A stretch of DNA of 58,569 nt from contig JAHQYM010000003.1 in assembly GCA_024421095.1 (NCBI GenBank), positions 1-58,569 on the forward strand. Direction: 5' to 3'. Of this stretch, positions 57,602 through 58,569 are shown piece after piece. A model generated the notes under the pieces. That model made no database searches, was not told where the DNA came from, and saw only the letters and a list, made by a program, of their open reading frames with translations. The first letter of the stretch is position 1. Each line of letters begins with the position of its first letter. Made by a program: the position numbers and the translations under genes. The DNA is from Acidimicrobiia bacterium. GTDB taxonomy: Bacteria > Actinomycetota > Acidimicrobiia > Acidimicrobiales > Aldehydirespiratoraceae.

Positions 57602-58102
57602 TGAGCACTCCTTCTGTGTGGGTTGTTACCGTCGCGAGCGATGGGCTCCCAACTTTGGGCACGATGCCGAGTGTACCAGCGAGACGAGGTCGGCGATTCT
57701 CCAGAGTAGCTCTGCCGTACGACATCAGAGCCCGTGGTGACCGCCGACCTCTCCACCATGCACGGACTCAATACCTCTCTGATCGGTCATCGTCCCTGGA
57801 CGAATGATCACAAACCGAGGTCTTCGTGACTTAACTATGCACACCTATCTCGGGTCAGAAGTGGAGCAGTCCACGTCTGTTGTCACCACGGTGGCCCCAC
57901 CGATGGCAGCGTAAACCTCCAAGTTGGCCTTCTTGCCGCTTCGGTTAGGGCGGCTTGGAGGGGTCGGCGACCTCACCGACGTTCTACCAGCTGCTAGAGC
58001 CTACAAGGAAGGCAACCTCAGCCTTGAAGAACTGAAAAAATCATCCGCGCCTACCTCATCGGCTAGCCGTCCCACGACGGGAGTTGCTGCGTAGCTTGGC
58101 GG

Positions 58103-58569
58103 CTATGGGCTGCGGTAGTCGAGCAGTGACGAGCGTCCTTCGACGGCTACCACGGTGACCATCAGGACCTGTCCGTTCAAATCTTGGAGCCGAAGCTGCT
58201 CAGCGCCCGGGACGAAACGCGTCGGCTGCGGCAGGCCATCGTTGATCGCAACATTGTCTGCGTACATATAGTTGCGGTCGTGGGTGTCGCGAATGGGATT
58301 CAACCGGCCCACCAGACCCGGCAAAGTCCCGGTCGATTCCGCGAACACCACCGACCCACCGTCTGGTGCTTCAGTCAACTCCACGGCCAGCGACCGTTGC
58401 GCCGGCACCCAGCCGCGCTCAACATGGGCAGCGTAACCCTCACACGCCACGAACACGGTCATCGGAAGCTCAGCCGAATACAACTCCAGCAGCGCTTCTC
58501 CGTGCGCATCGGTCGCGGCACGCTTCCAAGTCTTGTTCGGGAACAGCGCCAGCACCGTCACCCCCTCCA
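58103..58569 (-). CDS. hypothetical protein, 5'-truncated by the window edge
   Basis: The frame stays open to the last base of the window. GC-rich like the core genome. The beta-rich sequence (TVFVACEGYAAHVERGW) gives no family assignment. Confidence 0.5.
   Translation of the reverse strand, partial: EGVTVLALFPNKTWKRAATDAHGEALLELYSAELPMTVFVACEGYAAHVERGWVPAQRSLAVELTEAPDGGSVVFAESTGTLPGLVGRLNPIRDTHDRNYMYADNVAINDGLPQPTRFVPGAEQLRLQDLNGQVLMVTVVAVEGRSSLLDYRSP

Noticed and set aside
53377-58102. tRNA gene, integrase or direct repeats marking an integrated element
   Set aside because: I scanned by eye for T-arm-like GGTTCGAATCC / GGATTCGAACC motifs and for recombinase ORFs and found none. The island borders therefore remain undefined.

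Overview
This window looks like a chromosomal segment from a moderately high-GC Actinomycetota-type genome. That assignment is an inference from marker genes: MshD-like mycothiol synthase, Bpa proteasome activator, SepF/DivIVA, MtrAB plus an LpqB-like lipoprotein, DUF3040 and Ppm1. No rRNA, tRNA, CRISPR array or transposase was recognised.

Layout, left to right:
- 0.1-2.4 kb: mshD-like, menG and menA.
- 2.4-13.1 kb: a minus-strand purine operon, purL (with N-terminal PurS-like repeats)-purQ-purC-purE-purK-purF-purD-purM-purN. Its last gene is translationally coupled to menA.
- 13.1-16.2 kb: thiolase plus DUF35 pair, a nitroreductase and an orphan protein.
- 16.2-19.8 kb: dnaE.
- 19.8-22.9 kb: bpa, an AlkP-family phosphodiesterase, an Rrf2 regulator and an RluD-type pseudouridine synthase.
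- 22.9-43.1 kb: an almost complete minus-strand division/cell-wall (dcw) cluster, mraZ-rsmH-ftsL-ftsI-murE-mraY-murD-ftsW-murG-murC-murB-ftsQ-(gap)-ftsZ-ylmE-sepF-divIVA. It is followed by an unusual Lys/Ala-repeat protein with a DksA-like C-terminus. Most junctions are ATGA-type overlaps. murF is absent, and a 1.45 kb insert separates ftsQ from ftsZ.
- 43.3-53.4 kb: ROK kinase, a MoxR-DUF58-transglutaminase module, DUF3040, ppm1 and mtrA/mtrB with a short LpqB-like lipoprotein.
- 53.4-58.6 kb: an accessory-looking end.

The accessory end holds a HEPN (apparently frameshifted) plus nucleotidyltransferase pair. It also holds an AT-richer, tightly coupled four-gene operon: a YwgA/Panacea-like wHTH protein, a 3-TM protein, a PD-(D/E)xK nuclease and a TGT/DpdA-like protein with a CxCxxCR zinc motif. 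I cannot assign this operon to any named system, and it is my best candidate for an undescribed defence or nucleic-acid base-exchange module.

All functional calls come from motif recognition by eye. No database search was run.
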